Origin: Vulcanimicrobiota bacterium
GTDB taxonomy: Bacteria > Vulcanimicrobiota > Vulcanimicrobiia > Vulcanimicrobiales > Vulcanimicrobiaceae
Assembly: GCA_963795855.1 (NCBI GenBank)
Contig: CAWCIZ010000003.1
Span: forward strand, 64,001 to 128,000
Direction: 5' to 3'
Length of the DNA: 64,000 bases
Below, piece by piece: positions 32,721-43,190 of the stretch. Position 1 is the first letter of the stretch, and every line of letters begins with the position of its first letter. Under the pieces are notes generated by a model. The model was not told where the DNA came from. It did not search any database and worked only from the letters and a program-made list of their open reading frames with translations. The position numbers and the translations under genes were made by a program.

Positions 32721-34664
32721 GGTTTGCCCGCCGCGCCTCCGAGCAGCGCGTCCAGCGGCGGCAGCGTGCCGCCTGCGAAGTAATCCAGCGATGCGGCGTA
32801 CACCGCGTCCGCGCGCTCGATGTTGCGCTGCGCCGCGAGGCCATACCGCTCGAGGTTGGACGCGAGGTGACTTTCACGATCCTCGTAACGCCATGCCGAT
32901 GCGTAGAGCGGCTCGAGTTCTTCGTAACCGTCGCGCAGCTCCCAGAACCAGTATTTCACCCAATAAAGATCGCGCCCCGAGGGGCTGCCCTTTTTGTGCG
33001 CATGAGCCTGCGCGTCGGTATAGTAGGCATCGATTTCTTTCGCCGCCTGAAACTTTCGCCCGATGAAATCGTCCTTGCGCGCGGCCAAAAACATGACGCG
33101 CGCCGCATTCGCGTGCAGCGGCGGAACGTTTTGGAGCAGATGCTCTTGCACGGCTTCAGCTTCCAGGCGAACCGGCCGTATGTCGACCGCGCTCATGTGC
33201 CGCGAGGCGCGCGGATCGAACGGGTCGGCCCACATCAGATAGTCGCTGCTGTAATCGTACGCGTCGGCGATTCGCGTCTGAATATCGGCTAGTTTGGCGA
33301 CGTCGTCGCCGTAGCGCGAATCGCTGCTGCCGAAGAACGCATACGGAAAATCGTTTTGGAAGCGAGCCGGGTCGACACTGCCTTGCTCCCACGCGCTCAC
33401 GCCCGCGTACAGAACCGGATACCACGTAGCTTCGAACAGTGATTCACCGTCGTCGTTCCAAACCGTCTGAAAAAGACCGAGCACGTGAGCGGCTTTTCCT
33501 TCGTCGATGAAGGTGCGCTCGTTGCGCATCGCGGTAGCGACGTCCGGAAAAATCTGATTCCAATTGCTGTCCCCGGGCGAAATCATCTGTTCGAAGCCGC
33601 CCTTGGCGAGCAGCGATATGTACGGAACGAAGGTTTTTTCCGCGCCGTAATGCCAGTTCACGACGACCGCGTTGCGCGGAATCAGCTTCATGATGGCCGG
33701 ATCGTTTTCGATGCCGTCGTCCCAAAGCATCAGGCGCGCTCCCGACGGTTTGATGATGTCGTTCATCTGACGAATGTGCTCGGCGTACACCTGCGTTTTG
33801 CCGCGCTGCGCAACCATCGCGCTCGTCTGCCCCGCACCGAGCGTCGACGTTTCGTCGGAGCCGATGTGAAAGAACGGCGGATGCGGTACGGCCCGCAGCT
33901 CGTCTTCGATCACCCGCTTCACGTACGGGACTGAAATCGAGGAAGCGGGACTCAGCAAGAACCCGTGCGGCAGTTCGGCGGCAGGCGCATATTTTTCGTA
34001 GCGCAGCGTGTTGTGCATGTGCGCGAACGTCTGCTGTTCGGGAATGAACGTTACGTGGAACCGCCGCGCGTACGCGTCGAGCTGCCGAAGCTGCGCGGGC
34101 GTGATGCCGTCGAGCGGCGCGGGCAGCGGGTCCTGCGGAGCGACGAATACGTGCTCCATGTACGGCGAGTAGCCGTTCATCTTGAACGCCGCAATCGTTC
34201 GAATGCGCTCTTCGAAATAACGCATCGTCGGCAGCGGGCCACGCGACACGTCGTCGGAAAGGACGCGCCAGTGCAGTGCCGGAGCGTCGCTAATGCTCAC
34301 GCACGGCAGGCGCCATTCGCCGCTTACGCGCTGCGGCGAGCTGCGCGAGCGTCATCGCACCGTAAAAGGCGCCGTCGCCGTCGCGCGCGACGATGGTCAC
34401 CTTGCCGTCGGCTCGCGTCTGCAGCTGATAGGCTTGCGGAGCGAGCGCAGCGTCGCGCACGATGCGCACGTCCGCGCGGCGCGCGAATGCGACCGGCACC
34501 GGAATGCCTAGTGCGCGCCACCGCTCGTCGATTTCCTCCAAAGCGCCGGGGTCGAAGCCGCGCTGAACGCGCAGCGCGCGTTTGAGAGGAAACGAGCAAT
34601 TTTGCACTGCAACGGTCTGCGGTTTCGGCAGCAAGTGCAAAACCAGTGCCGCGGCGGCGATCAT
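32717..34664 (-). CDS. GH20 beta-N-acetylhexosaminidase, frameshifted near 34310
   Basis: QAYQL..GAFYGAMTLAQL, ISDAP...WR..DDVSRG, catalytic FFHIGSDE, LMLWDD. Confidence 0.9.
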
Positions 34665-35054
34665 GAATGCAGCATAGCGGCGTCGCGCTTGTCGAATGCG
34701 TCGCTCAAACGCGCAAGCGAGCCGTCGAGCTTTTCGCTTCCCATCGCGCGAATTCGTGCGGCGGTCTCGACGACGTCCGCATCCGCGTTCAGCGTCGCGT
34801 CAATGCGCTCCGGCGACGGATCGCCGTCAAAAGCCCGAAACGCCGGCTGGTTGAGGAATTCGCACCGAAGCAAGATCCGGTCGTAGGCAGACCGCTCGTC
34901 CGCCGAAAGATTGTCGACGTCCGTCTGCGGCAGGCTCGGCCAGCGTCTCGCCGACAAAGGCCCGGATTTGCTCGTCCGAGCGCAGACGCTGGGAGGCGTC
35001 GAGATAACCGCTAAACCCGTCGATAACAGAACGAATCCGTTCGAGCGCATTCAT
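34661..35054 (-). CDS. Hypothetical protein, frameshifted
   Basis: MNALERIRSVIDGFSGY..DEQIRAFVGE continues as YDRILLRCEFLNQ in another frame; stop overlaps the GH20 ATG. Confidence 0.6.
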
Positions 35055-35110
35055 CGGCGACGAGCTACGACGGTAATCCCCGCAGGCCTCCCGGCCGAAA
35101 ACCCGATCGG

Positions 35111-36055
35111 ATGGTCATGGCTGTGCTCGTGGGCGTGCTGGCCGCCGGCGGACTCGCGGGCCTGGCGGTGTTCGCTTTACGCTATGTGAACGAACGCGAC
35201 GAAATGCGGCGGCTGCGCTCGCTGTTTTCGCGTTACGTGCCGGAACACGTCGCCGACGAGATTCTCGCGCGCCGCGATTTGCATCGCCTCTGGGCGCAGC
35301 GTCACTACGCGACCGTTCTCTGCTGCCGCATTCGCAACTTCGGTTTTTTCTCCGAGGATTTGAGCGCCGAAGAGACGTTGCGGCATCTCAATGAATTTTA
35401 TGCCGTTGCGGGACGAGCGATCGTGCGGCACGGCGGCGTCATCGAACGCCTGCACGCCGACGGCATCACCGCCGTTTTCGGCGTCTTGACCGCGGACTCG
35501 TTCCAAGAGGAGCGCGCGCTCCGCGCGGCACTGCGCATCGTCCGCCTTGCGAACGCAATGAATGCGCGATGGCACGCGCAAGGGCGCAGACCTTTCCAAG
35601 TCTACGCCGGCGTGAATTCCGGCGCGGTCGTTGCGGGCGAAGTCGGCTTTGCGCAGCGGCGCGAATTCGCGATCGTCGGAAATCCGGCCCACGTCGCTTC
35701 ACGTCTGCAGCAAGCGGCGGAAGAGATCAACGCGTACATCCTGGCGGCCGCCGCAACGTACGAACCTGTTGCGGAGCAGTTCGTGGCGCTCGCCACGAAC
35801 ACGCTGCCGCTGCCTGGGTTACGGCGCCTACAGAAGGCGTACATCATTCGCGGCTTGGCACGGCGCGAAGAGGAAGAGCTGCTGCACTTGCCGCCCGAAA
35901 TCGCCGCCGTGCAGACCGTCATCGAAGACCCGCCGGCGGTTGCACCGCCGGTCGTAACCATCGCACCGCATTTCTCCGGCGTCGACAACGCTTTCCCGGC
36001 CATGCCGGAGCTGCCGCCCATTTCGGGCGACTATCAAGCGCCCCAAAGCTTCTAG
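35111..36055 (+). CDS. Class III adenylate/guanylate cyclase-like protein (degenerate)
   Basis: N-terminal TM, FSRYVP, GVNSGAVVAGEVG, ASRLQ. Confidence 0.85.
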   Translation: MVMAVLVGVLAAGGLAGLAVFALRYVNERDEMRRLRSLFSRYVPEHVADEILARRDLHRLWAQRHYATVLCCRIRNFGFFSEDLSAEETLRHLNEFYAVAGRAIVRHGGVIERLHADGITAVFGVLTADSFQEERALRAALRIVRLANAMNARWHAQGRRPFQVYAGVNSGAVVAGEVGFAQRREFAIVGNPAHVASRLQQAAEEINAYILAAAATYEPVAEQFVALATNTLPLPGLRRLQKAYIIRGLARREEEELLHLPPEIAAVQTVIEDPPAVAPPVVTIAPHFSGVDNAFPAMPELPPISGDYQAPQSF

Positions 36056-36127
36056 CCGCCTGCCTGCAATCCGCGGCCGCGCCACGCACGTTGTCACGGG
36101 GAAGCTCCCAATGAAGCGAAGCACGCA

Positions 36128-36661
36128 GTGGTGGAAGACGCAGCCCGGCTCATGGCGCGCGTGCGGGAACGCGACGCCCGCGCATTCGAGGCGTTGTACG
36201 ACGCACATCATCGATTGGTGTACGGAGTCGCCATGCGCATGCTCGGCGACGTCGCCGCGGCCGAGGATCTCACGCAAGGTGTCTTCCTCAAAATCTGGAG
36301 CGCACCGCATCTGTTCGAAGCGGGAAACTTCGCCGGCTGGATTGCGCGCATGACGCGAAATCGCGCGCTCGATGTACTGCGCAGCAAGTCCTACCGCCAC
36401 GACGAACTCTCGGAAACGCTGCCCGCCGACGATACGCCTGAGGATACTGCCTTTGCCAACATCGACGCCGACCGCGTCCGCGCCGCGCTCGTGCAGTTGC
36501 CGCCCGAGCAGCGCGAGCTCATCGAGATGGGATTCTTCGGCGGTCTCACGCATGACGAGATGTCGCGCCGCACCGCAATTCCGCTCGGCACGATCAAAAC
36601 GCGGATTCGGACGGGCTTGCGCAAACTGCGCGCGATTCTCGAGGACACGGTGACGGTATGA
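36128..36661 (+). CDS. ECF sigma factor (SigK-like)
   Basis: AFEALYD, AEDLTQGVFLKIW, RNRALD, PLGTIKTRIRTGL. Confidence 0.93.
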   Translation: MVEDAARLMARVRERDARAFEALYDAHHRLVYGVAMRMLGDVAAAEDLTQGVFLKIWSAPHLFEAGNFAGWIARMTRNRALDVLRSKSYRHDELSETLPADDTPEDTAFANIDADRVRAALVQLPPEQRELIEMGFFGGLTHDEMSRRTAIPLGTIKTRIRTGLRKLRAILEDTVTV

Positions 36662-37449
36662 CTTCGCACGAGTCCATGCTGGACGACGTCGCCGTTTACG
36701 CGCTCGGCTCTTTGCCCCGGCAACAGGCGGACGCCGTGCGGAAACATTTGCGCACCTGCGAGGACTGCCGTCAAGAATACGAGCAGCTCCGTCCGGCTGC
36801 GGACGCGCTTGCATATTCAGCAGAAGCTTGTCCTGACGAAGAGCGGGGAGCGGTCGTCGCAAGCCCGCTGCTCAAAGCGCGCATCATGCAGCAGGTACGG
36901 CGCGACGCGGCTGTGCCCCAGCGCGCAAACGTCGGCGAAATGCGCGCAGTTCGACCGATCGTGTGGCCTGCTTATGCGGTCGCGGCCGCATGTCTGATCG
37001 TTGCGCTGATAACCGGCATCATGAACATTTCGGTCAACGACCAGTTGCGCGAAAAGAATTCCGACCTCTCGCAGATTCAAACGCGCAGCAAGGTGCTCGC
37101 GCGCGAACTCGCGTATCAGCGCACCGCGCTGGCAGATCTCGTTGCGCCGGATTCACAACGGTACGACGTCAGCCACGGCCAAGTCGTCCGGCACGGAAAG
37201 CGTTTGTACTTGGCGATGGATGCATTGCCGATGCCGCCGCGGGGTAAAGTGTATCAGGCTTGGACGCTCGGCGCCGGCGCGACGCGCATGTCACCTTCGG
37301 TGACGTTCGTGCCCAACGGCAATGGCGTCGCGGTCGTGCAGCTCCCGGTCGATGCGTCCAATCTCACCGCGGTAGCGCTGAGCGTCGAACCGGAGGGCGG
37401 AAGCAAACAACCAACCACTACACCGACATTCGTACTCAAATTCAGCTGA
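36658..37449 (+). CDS. Anti-sigma factor (RskA-like, zinc-finger N-terminus)
   Basis: HLRTCEDC (HxxxCxxC), TM helix, YQAW, ALSVEPEGGSKQPT; ATGA overlap with the sigma gene. Confidence 0.92.
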   Translation: MTSHESMLDDVAVYALGSLPRQQADAVRKHLRTCEDCRQEYEQLRPAADALAYSAEACPDEERGAVVASPLLKARIMQQVRRDAAVPQRANVGEMRAVRPIVWPAYAVAAACLIVALITGIMNISVNDQLREKNSDLSQIQTRSKVLARELAYQRTALADLVAPDSQRYDVSHGQVVRHGKRLYLAMDALPMPPRGKVYQAWTLGAGATRMSPSVTFVPNGNGVAVVQLPVDASNLTAVALSVEPEGGSKQPTTTPTFVLKFS

Positions 37450-38276
37450 TGCAATCGGGAGTGCAGCGCCTCGTGCGTGCGCACGAGCGCGCCGCGCTCG
37501 CATATCTGGCGCAGGCTCCGTACGACAACGTGTTTTTGTCGTGGCTCATCGCCAGCGACAAATCGATGGCTGCGCGTTCGGGACTCCACGTGTATCTCGA
37601 CCTGCATGGCGCCGTGCGCGGCGTCGCGTTCTTCGGACGCCAAGTCGTGCTGGCGGCCGAGGACGAGGAAGCCGTCGACGCGTTCGCCGAGGTCGCCTCG
37701 AGCTTTCGTTTCGAACGAATGATCGTGGGGCCGCGCTTGACGGTCGAGCGTTTTTGGGCGCGCGTGAGCAAGTGGCATGCTCCGCCGCGACGCGTGCGCG
37801 AAAGCCAGCCGGTGCTTGCGGTTCATCGCCGCACTCTCGTTCGCCATCCGGGAAACGTCACCGTTCGGCGCGCGAACGCGTCCGAATGGGAAGTGGTCGC
37901 GTTCAATTCCGCGCGCATGATCGAGCACGAATTGGAGTACGATCCGCGCAGCGTCAGTGCAGAATTCAATGCAAACGTGCGAATCATGATCGACCGCGGC
38001 TTGTGGTGGGTCGGCGAACATGACGGCGAGATTTGCTTTTTCTGCAACGCCGGGCCGCGCAGCGAACAAACGATGCAGTTGCAAGGGATTTGGACGCCGG
38101 AGCATCTGCGCGGCCGCGGTTTCGCGCTGCAATCGCTCGGGGCCGTCTGTGCCGAACTGCTCGACGACGTTCCTTCACTGAGTCTGTACGTCAACGCGTT
38201 CAACGAGCCCGCGCTTCGCCTGTACGCCCGAACCGGCTTTCAACCGGCCGGCGAATTCGCCACGCTGCTGTTTTAG
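37449..38276 (+). CDS. GNAT acetyltransferase
   Basis: QGIWTPEHLRGRGFA, LYVNAFNEPALRLYARTGF; TGATG coupling. Confidence 0.88.
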   Translation: MQSGVQRLVRAHERAALAYLAQAPYDNVFLSWLIASDKSMAARSGLHVYLDLHGAVRGVAFFGRQVVLAAEDEEAVDAFAEVASSFRFERMIVGPRLTVERFWARVSKWHAPPRRVRESQPVLAVHRRTLVRHPGNVTVRRANASEWEVVAFNSARMIEHELEYDPRSVSAEFNANVRIMIDRGLWWVGEHDGEICFFCNAGPRSEQTMQLQGIWTPEHLRGRGFALQSLGAVCAELLDDVPSLSLYVNAFNEPALRLYARTGFQPAGEFATLLF

Positions 38277-38282
38277 CTCACG

Positions 38283-39822
38283 CTAAAGCAGCGCGTTCGC
38301 CAGCGCCGTCAACGACTGCTGCGATTGCGACTGCGCGGTAGGGAGCAGCACGTCGACGGTTATTCCGTATCCGTCGACCGAACGGCCGTCGCCATATGCG
38401 TCCGTGCGGCTCAGCGCCAAGCGGAACGGCACGCGCGAGTGTGGCAGCACGAAGTATCCGGGCTGCGTAAATCCCATGACGCCGAACGTGCTCGTGCCCG
38501 CAATGACCGTGTCTGGCAATCCGGCCAGAACGTACGTCATGTATTCGCAATCGCTTCCGCAACCGCCGTCAACGAGCGCCACGATGCGGGTTTGCCCGGC
38601 CTGTTGCGGATGAATGCTGAAGTGATGGTCGCGCATGCTTCGATCGCTGCTTTTCACCTGGGGCTGCACCTCGCAGTTCGGCGTAGCGGAGCCGCGCAAC
38701 GCATCGACGATCTGCTGCAGTACTTGTTGCAATCCGCTGGATACCGGCGGGTGCAGTCCCGCGGCGAGTTGCTGCTGGAGTCCGAAAGAAAGCGCCGTCG
38801 TAAAACATGACGTGGTTCCGGATTGCGACATGCCGGAGGCGATCTCGATCGCGCTTTCAGCGAACCAATTCGTGAGAATGTCCTGCGGCGCGTTTCCGCC
38901 GTCATTGCCGCGCAGGTCGAATATCACGAGCCGCTCTCGGCCGAGGTTCGGCGATTTCGAGAGCGCGGCGCGAAGCGCCTCGTTGTTCGCGTCGGTAAAC
39001 GTCGGCAGCCGCAGATACGCGATGCCGTCGGCGAGGAACTGATACACCGGCTTTTGCGCCGGCGGCGTAACTTGCGGCGTGGGCGTAAGCGCGACGTTTT
39101 GCGCGCCGCATCGCAGGCTCGTGGGCGTTCCAAGGCGCTTGGGATAACTGACGTACCAACCGTCAGCAAAATGCGCGCCGTCCCAGACCTGCACCGCGTG
39201 CGGCTGTTGACCGGCATCGTGCAGCGCGAGTTTGGCCGAATGACCGTCCTGGAATCGCATCGACGAGCACGCCGACGCTGCCTGCGCGAGAGCCGCACTT
39301 GCGGATCCGCTCGTAAACGCGGTGAAGTCCGGAACGCCCGAATGATTGTCCAGTTGCACGTTTTCCAAGCGGCCCCAGGGAGCGAACGCGTCCCGCAATG
39401 ACAGACTTCACGTTGCCGCTCTTCGCGAGCTGCGCATCCCGACTGCGGAACATCGCATCCCAATTCCAACCTCGCGCGCTTGCGGGCTGATAGCCCGAAT
39501 AGGCCTTCTCCAAAAGAAAACGCAGCACGGGTAAGTCCCGGCGCAGCGCGGAGGCCTGCACCGGATAGTCTTTCTTCGCACGCAGTGCGTCATAGAAGGA
39601 GCGATACCACGCGAACGGCACGACGAACGATCGGTTCGAGTACGGCGGCGCGTACGGGTCCGACTTGATAATCCCGCCCGGCGGGAGCTTCACCCCGAGG
39701 GCGCGCCAGCGAGCGTCTTCCGCCTGGATCTGCGCCTGCGGCACGCGAACGGGCGGACCCGGAGCAGCGGCCATGAGCACGAGCAACGAAAGGCCGAGCG
39801 CGGCGGAACGCACCGATTTCAT
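38283..39822 (-). CDS. Secreted S41-family peptidase, frameshifted near 39400
   Basis: Signal peptide MKSVRSAALG; IAYLRLPTF, IFDLRGNDGG, CGSDCE, GTSTFG, GYGITVDV. Confidence 0.82.
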
Positions 39823-39897
39823 GCTCGGCGTGTTCGCCGCAGATTCGGCCGCAACTTTCCGATGGCGGACGTACGTCGTAGCGGCTAGGGTGGACGC

Positions 39898-40965
39898 ATG
39901 CTGAATGAAGACTTTTGCTGGAAAGCGCTGCAACAACGCGACAACTCTCAGGACGGACGGTTTTACTTCGGCGTGCTTACGACCGGCGTTTTCTGCCGGC
40001 CATCGTGTGCCGCCAGATCGCCGCTTCGCCGGAATGTCCGCTTTTTCGAATCGGCGCAAGACGCCCAAATCGCCGGGCTGCGCCCATGTAAACGCTGCCG
40101 CCCACTCGAAACACGCGATGCCGCCGCAGCGCGCATTGAGTCGATATGCCGATACATCGAAGCGCACAGTGAAGAAGCATTGTCTCTGGAAGAGCTTGCG
40201 CGCATGGCGGGTATGAGCGCGTTCCATTTTCAGCGCACGTTTCGCGCGCTGGTCGGCGTGACGCCCAAACAGTATCATGATGGGCACCGCGTGGAGAACT
40301 TGAAAACGCACTTGCGCTCGTCTCGCGACGTGACCGCTGCCGTGTACGATGCGGGGTATGGTTCGTCGAGCCGCGTTTACGAGCGCGCCGATACGCGCTT
40401 GGGTATGACGCCCAAGCAGTACCGCGCGTTGGGAAAAGACGTGCGCATAACGTTCGTTTCATTCGAAACGCCGCTCGGCTTGCTGATGGCGGGCGCCACC
40501 GACCGCGGGTTGTGCTTCGTGCAGTTCGGCGATACGCACGAGCAATTGGAGGCGCAGCTGCGGTCGGAGTATCCCAACGCGGGCTTCGAGGCGATGCGCG
40601 AGCCGCACGATCCGCGTTTCGTTGAATGGGCTGAAGCGCTGCGCCGCCATCTCGGCGGCGACCAACCGCATCTCGATTTGCCCGCCGATATCCGTGCAAC
40701 CGCATTTCAACTGCGGGTCTGGAAGTATCTGCAAAGCATTCCCTACGGCGAGGTCCGTTCGTACACCGAAGTCGCGGAGGGGATCGGAGCGCCCAAAGCC
40801 GCTCGCGCCGTCGCGCGCGCATGTGCGGGCAACGTGCTCGCGCTGGTCATTCCGTGCCACCGCGTGATTCGGGGCACCGGCGAACTAGGCGGTTATAAGT
40901 GGGGATTGCCGCGCAAACGCGCGCTGATAGACCGCGAGCGTCAGGAAACGACCGCGAACCGGTAA
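39898..40965 (+). CDS. ada: Bifunctional transcriptional activator / O6-methylguanine-DNA methyltransferase Ada
   Basis: TTGVFCRPSC...RPCKRCRP Zn site, AraC-type HTH, PCHRV. Confidence 0.95.
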   Translation: MLNEDFCWKALQQRDNSQDGRFYFGVLTTGVFCRPSCAARSPLRRNVRFFESAQDAQIAGLRPCKRCRPLETRDAAAARIESICRYIEAHSEEALSLEELARMAGMSAFHFQRTFRALVGVTPKQYHDGHRVENLKTHLRSSRDVTAAVYDAGYGSSSRVYERADTRLGMTPKQYRALGKDVRITFVSFETPLGLLMAGATDRGLCFVQFGDTHEQLEAQLRSEYPNAGFEAMREPHDPRFVEWAEALRRHLGGDQPHLDLPADIRATAFQLRVWKYLQSIPYGEVRSYTEVAEGIGAPKAARAVARACAGNVLALVIPCHRVIRGTGELGGYKWGLPRKRALIDRERQETTANR

Positions 40966-41816
40966 ATCGTCGTCGCCGTGAACGTTTCGCCGGGGCGCAG
41001 TATCGTATTCGGAAAATTGGGATGATGCGGAGAGTCGGCGAAATGCTGGGTCTCGAGGGCGAATGCGCCCGGCTTTCCGGTGTAGAGCTGTAAGCCCGGC
41101 TGCGTCGTTTCGACGATGAGACGCAGTCCGGAGCGAGCGTCCGACGCCTCCGCGACGCGCCGCAATTCACCATTCCACCCGTCTATTACGAAATTCACGT
41201 CGTATTTTTCGTTGCCGAGCGGACGCATCGTTCGAAAGTCGAGCGACGTTCGGGCAACCGATGCAATCTCTCCCGTCGGAATCAATTCCGCATCCAACGG
41301 CGTAAAAGTGGACGCGTCGACTTGCAATTCTTGCTCGGCCACGTCGCCTTCGCCATGCAAATTGAAATACACGTGATTCGTGAGGTTGATCGCCGTCGGT
41401 TTGCCGGTGGTTGCGGCGTACTCGATGCGCAGCGCGTGATCCTCGCTCCAGGTATATCGCACGCGGCATTCCATCGCGCCGGGGAAACCTTGATCGCCGT
41501 CCGGGCTGCGCAGCACGAACGATGCTTCGTCGAAGACGTCCCATTCGCGCTTGGAAAATCCGTCAGGTCCGCCGTGCAGCGTGTTCCCGTTTTCGTTCGT
41601 CAGCAGCGTGTACGCACTGCCATCGATCTCGAGCCGGCCGCGCGCGATGCGGTTCGCGTAGCGTCCAATCGTCTTGCCGGCGCTTCCGCCGGCCGGAACG
41701 GTAAGCTCGCCGGGATTGCCTTGCGCGTTCGGAACGATGATCGAGGTAATCGCCGCGCCGAGCGAGTTCAGCGTTACGCGCCCGCCGGCCGCATTTTGTA
41801 AAACGAAATCGGTCAA
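40941..41816 (-). CDS. galM: Aldose 1-epimerase
   Basis: GRYANRIA, LHGG, DQGFPG, NLTNHVYFNL, QLYTG, LETQ. Confidence 0.92.
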   Translation of the reverse strand: MTDFVLQNAAGGRVTLNSLGAAITSIIVPNAQGNPGELTVPAGGSAGKTIGRYANRIARGRLEIDGSAYTLLTNENGNTLHGGPDGFSKREWDVFDEASFVLRSPDGDQGFPGAMECRVRYTWSEDHALRIEYAATTGKPTAINLTNHVYFNLHGEGDVAEQELQVDASTFTPLDAELIPTGEIASVARTSLDFRTMRPLGNEKYDVNFVIDGWNGELRRVAEASDARSGLRLIVETTQPGLQLYTGKPGAFALETQHFADSPHHPNFPNTILRPGETFTATTIYRFAVVS

Positions 41817-41955
41817 AGCGATGCCCGCGTCGCGACGGCTTTCCCGCCGTCACCGAGCGACGTCTTCATTTGTGGAAGAGTGGTCTGCGCTCGTTTCCAA
41901 AACATGCGAAAATGATGCCCGCACATCCGAGCGGCGAATCGCAAGCACGCGCTTT

Positions 41956-42948
41956 CTATACGCGCGGCGCCCGGCAAGGCGGACGATGTTGCGGATACCC
42001 GCTCTCGTTTAAAAACGCCGTGTAGTCTTTTACGTGCAGAATCGACGCAATCGCGTCGGCAGAGCGCCCGTGCGTTTCATAGTAGGTTTGCACGATGCGC
42101 GAACCGAGCCAATAGCCGATAAACGGCGGCGCGCCAAGCGGCCCCGGATCGTACGAAAACAACCATTTCGTCGCGACCGACGAATCCTTTGAGTTCATCT
42201 GCTGCGAGAAAGCCGACCAAAGCGCGTCCTCGTGCGCGCACCCGAACGACCACTCGGACTGAGGCACGTGGCTGGGTTCGACGATATCGGCCATGAAATC
42301 GGCCGTACCTTCATAAATCGTTCCGCCGAGAAGTGTATTCGCGTCGGCGTCGCTCTGGTTGTAATGCGTGAATTCGTGGACGACGTCACCGGGAATTTGA
42401 TCTACCGTAGCCAGTACGGCCGTTTGAAAACCGGGCATGGCCACGGACATTTTCGGAGGACGCGAAATCATTTCGCTGCCCATGACCATGCCGACCCCGT
42501 CGACAGACGTGCCCGCACTATTGAGCGCGCCGACGACAAAATACACGTTGGGAAAAACCGCTTGCGGGTACAGCGCTTTATAGCGGTATAGATCCGCAAT
42601 GATTTGCCGTTTCTCGCCGGAGATCTGCTCCATGTACGGCCGCGTGGCCTGATAATACGCGCGATATTTCGTAACGGTCCGAGCCAGATGAAACGGGCTG
42701 ACGAGACGGTCGGGAACGAAGCCCCACAGCCCCGTCGTTCCGGGCGCGAAGTATTCGTAGGCAAAGACTTTCGCCGGGTCCTTTGATTTTGCGGCGTCGT
42801 CAAACGCGTGCCAGAAGCGACCGATGTCTTCGGTCACGATTTGCACTTTAGCGGGATCTGCAGAACTCGCCGAGTCGGCCAATGCCGGAGCCGAAGGCAA
42901 CGCTATCGTCGCCGCAAAAAACAACGCGACCAGTTTTTGCGCACTCAT
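41956..42948 (-). CDS. Secreted putative Zn-dependent protease (DUF2268-like)
   Basis: Signal peptide; VHEFTHYNQ, EGTADF, GYWLG. Confidence 0.75.
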   Translation of the reverse strand: MSAQKLVALFFAATIALPSAPALADSASSADPAKVQIVTEDIGRFWHAFDDAAKSKDPAKVFAYEYFAPGTTGLWGFVPDRLVSPFHLARTVTKYRAYYQATRPYMEQISGEKRQIIADLYRYKALYPQAVFPNVYFVVGALNSAGTSVDGVGMVMGSEMISRPPKMSVAMPGFQTAVLATVDQIPGDVVHEFTHYNQSDADANTLLGGTIYEGTADFMADIVEPSHVPQSEWSFGCAHEDALWSAFSQQMNSKDSSVATKWLFSYDPGPLGAPPFIGYWLGSRIVQTYYETHGRSADAIASILHVKDYTAFLNESGYPQHRPPCRAPRV

Positions 42949-43190
42949 ATCCGCATTCAATGCGTTGAATGCGCGACGTTTCCTCTCACGGTAAATGCAA
43001 CGTTACTTCGTACAGGTCAACTCGATGCGATAGTTAAGCATGGCCGGCTTTGTATCGCGCGACGTCAAAAGACACGAGCAACTTGCCCGGTTCGTTGTTC
43101 GGATATCGCCGTACCCCAGCGCGGGACGAGGTGTTGCTTCGCGTCCGCGGCGGACCAAGCGAGCATGCGCGACGAACGATTATTCGCCGC

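Noticed and set aside
41838..41847. CTTTCCCGCC matching the tRNA-Sec 3' end as a possible att site
   Set aside because: Only 10 bp and in inverted orientation relative to selC; att copies should be direct.
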